64,000 bases of DNA from Eledone cirrhosa (taxonomy: Eukaryota), in NCBI GenBank assembly GCA_964016885.1, contig OZ024742.1, forward strand, positions 108,438,001 to 108,502,000. The letters run 5' to 3'. Positions 63,909 to 64,000 of the stretch are shown one piece after another. The translations under genes and the position numbers were made by a program. The notes beneath the pieces were generated by a model that was not told the origin of the DNA, did no database searches, and saw only the letters and a list, made by a program, of their open reading frames with translations. Position 1 is the stretch's first letter; every line of letters begins with the position of its first letter.

Positions 63909-64000
63909 GTAAGTGTTGTTGATGGTCTATTTTCTGCTGTTTTTGTTGATGCTATTTCTCTTTATTGGTAATCTTCAAGGTAATTAGGGTAAGGGCTGCA

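Overview
AT-rich eukaryotic DNA packed with (TA)n/(CA)n/(TATG)n microsatellites. The SINE and LINE families resemble those of cephalopods (Octopus-like; this is an inference). There is no intact host protein-coding ORF. Almost all short ORFs in the track are microsatellite translations, and a few strong splice-site pairs suggest the window is intronic to a + strand gene with very small exons. The window is dominated by retroelements: (1) at least three families of Penelope-like elements (PLEs; RT plus C-terminal GIY-YIG), including one near full-length decayed copy at 43592-46545, most inserted in (TA)n and arranged as fold-back or inverted structures; (2) a near-complete RTE LINE whose catalytic RT motif is deleted; (3) CRE-like and R4/Dong-like LINE fragments; (4) about 15 tRNA-derived SINEs; (5) hAT-type MITEs; (6) a 46-bp minisatellite. 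The most notable signal is more than 20 type I hammerhead ribozyme (HHR) motifs from roughly ten repeat families. One of these is a non-coding 310-324 bp tandem/inverted repeat family with one HHR per unit, a covarying secondary structure, and in one subfamily a U3-A8 compensatory catalytic core. It is a candidate cephalopod retrozyme (circular-RNA) system mobilised by the neighbouring PLEs. All motifs and coordinates were read by eye, with no alignments or folding run.
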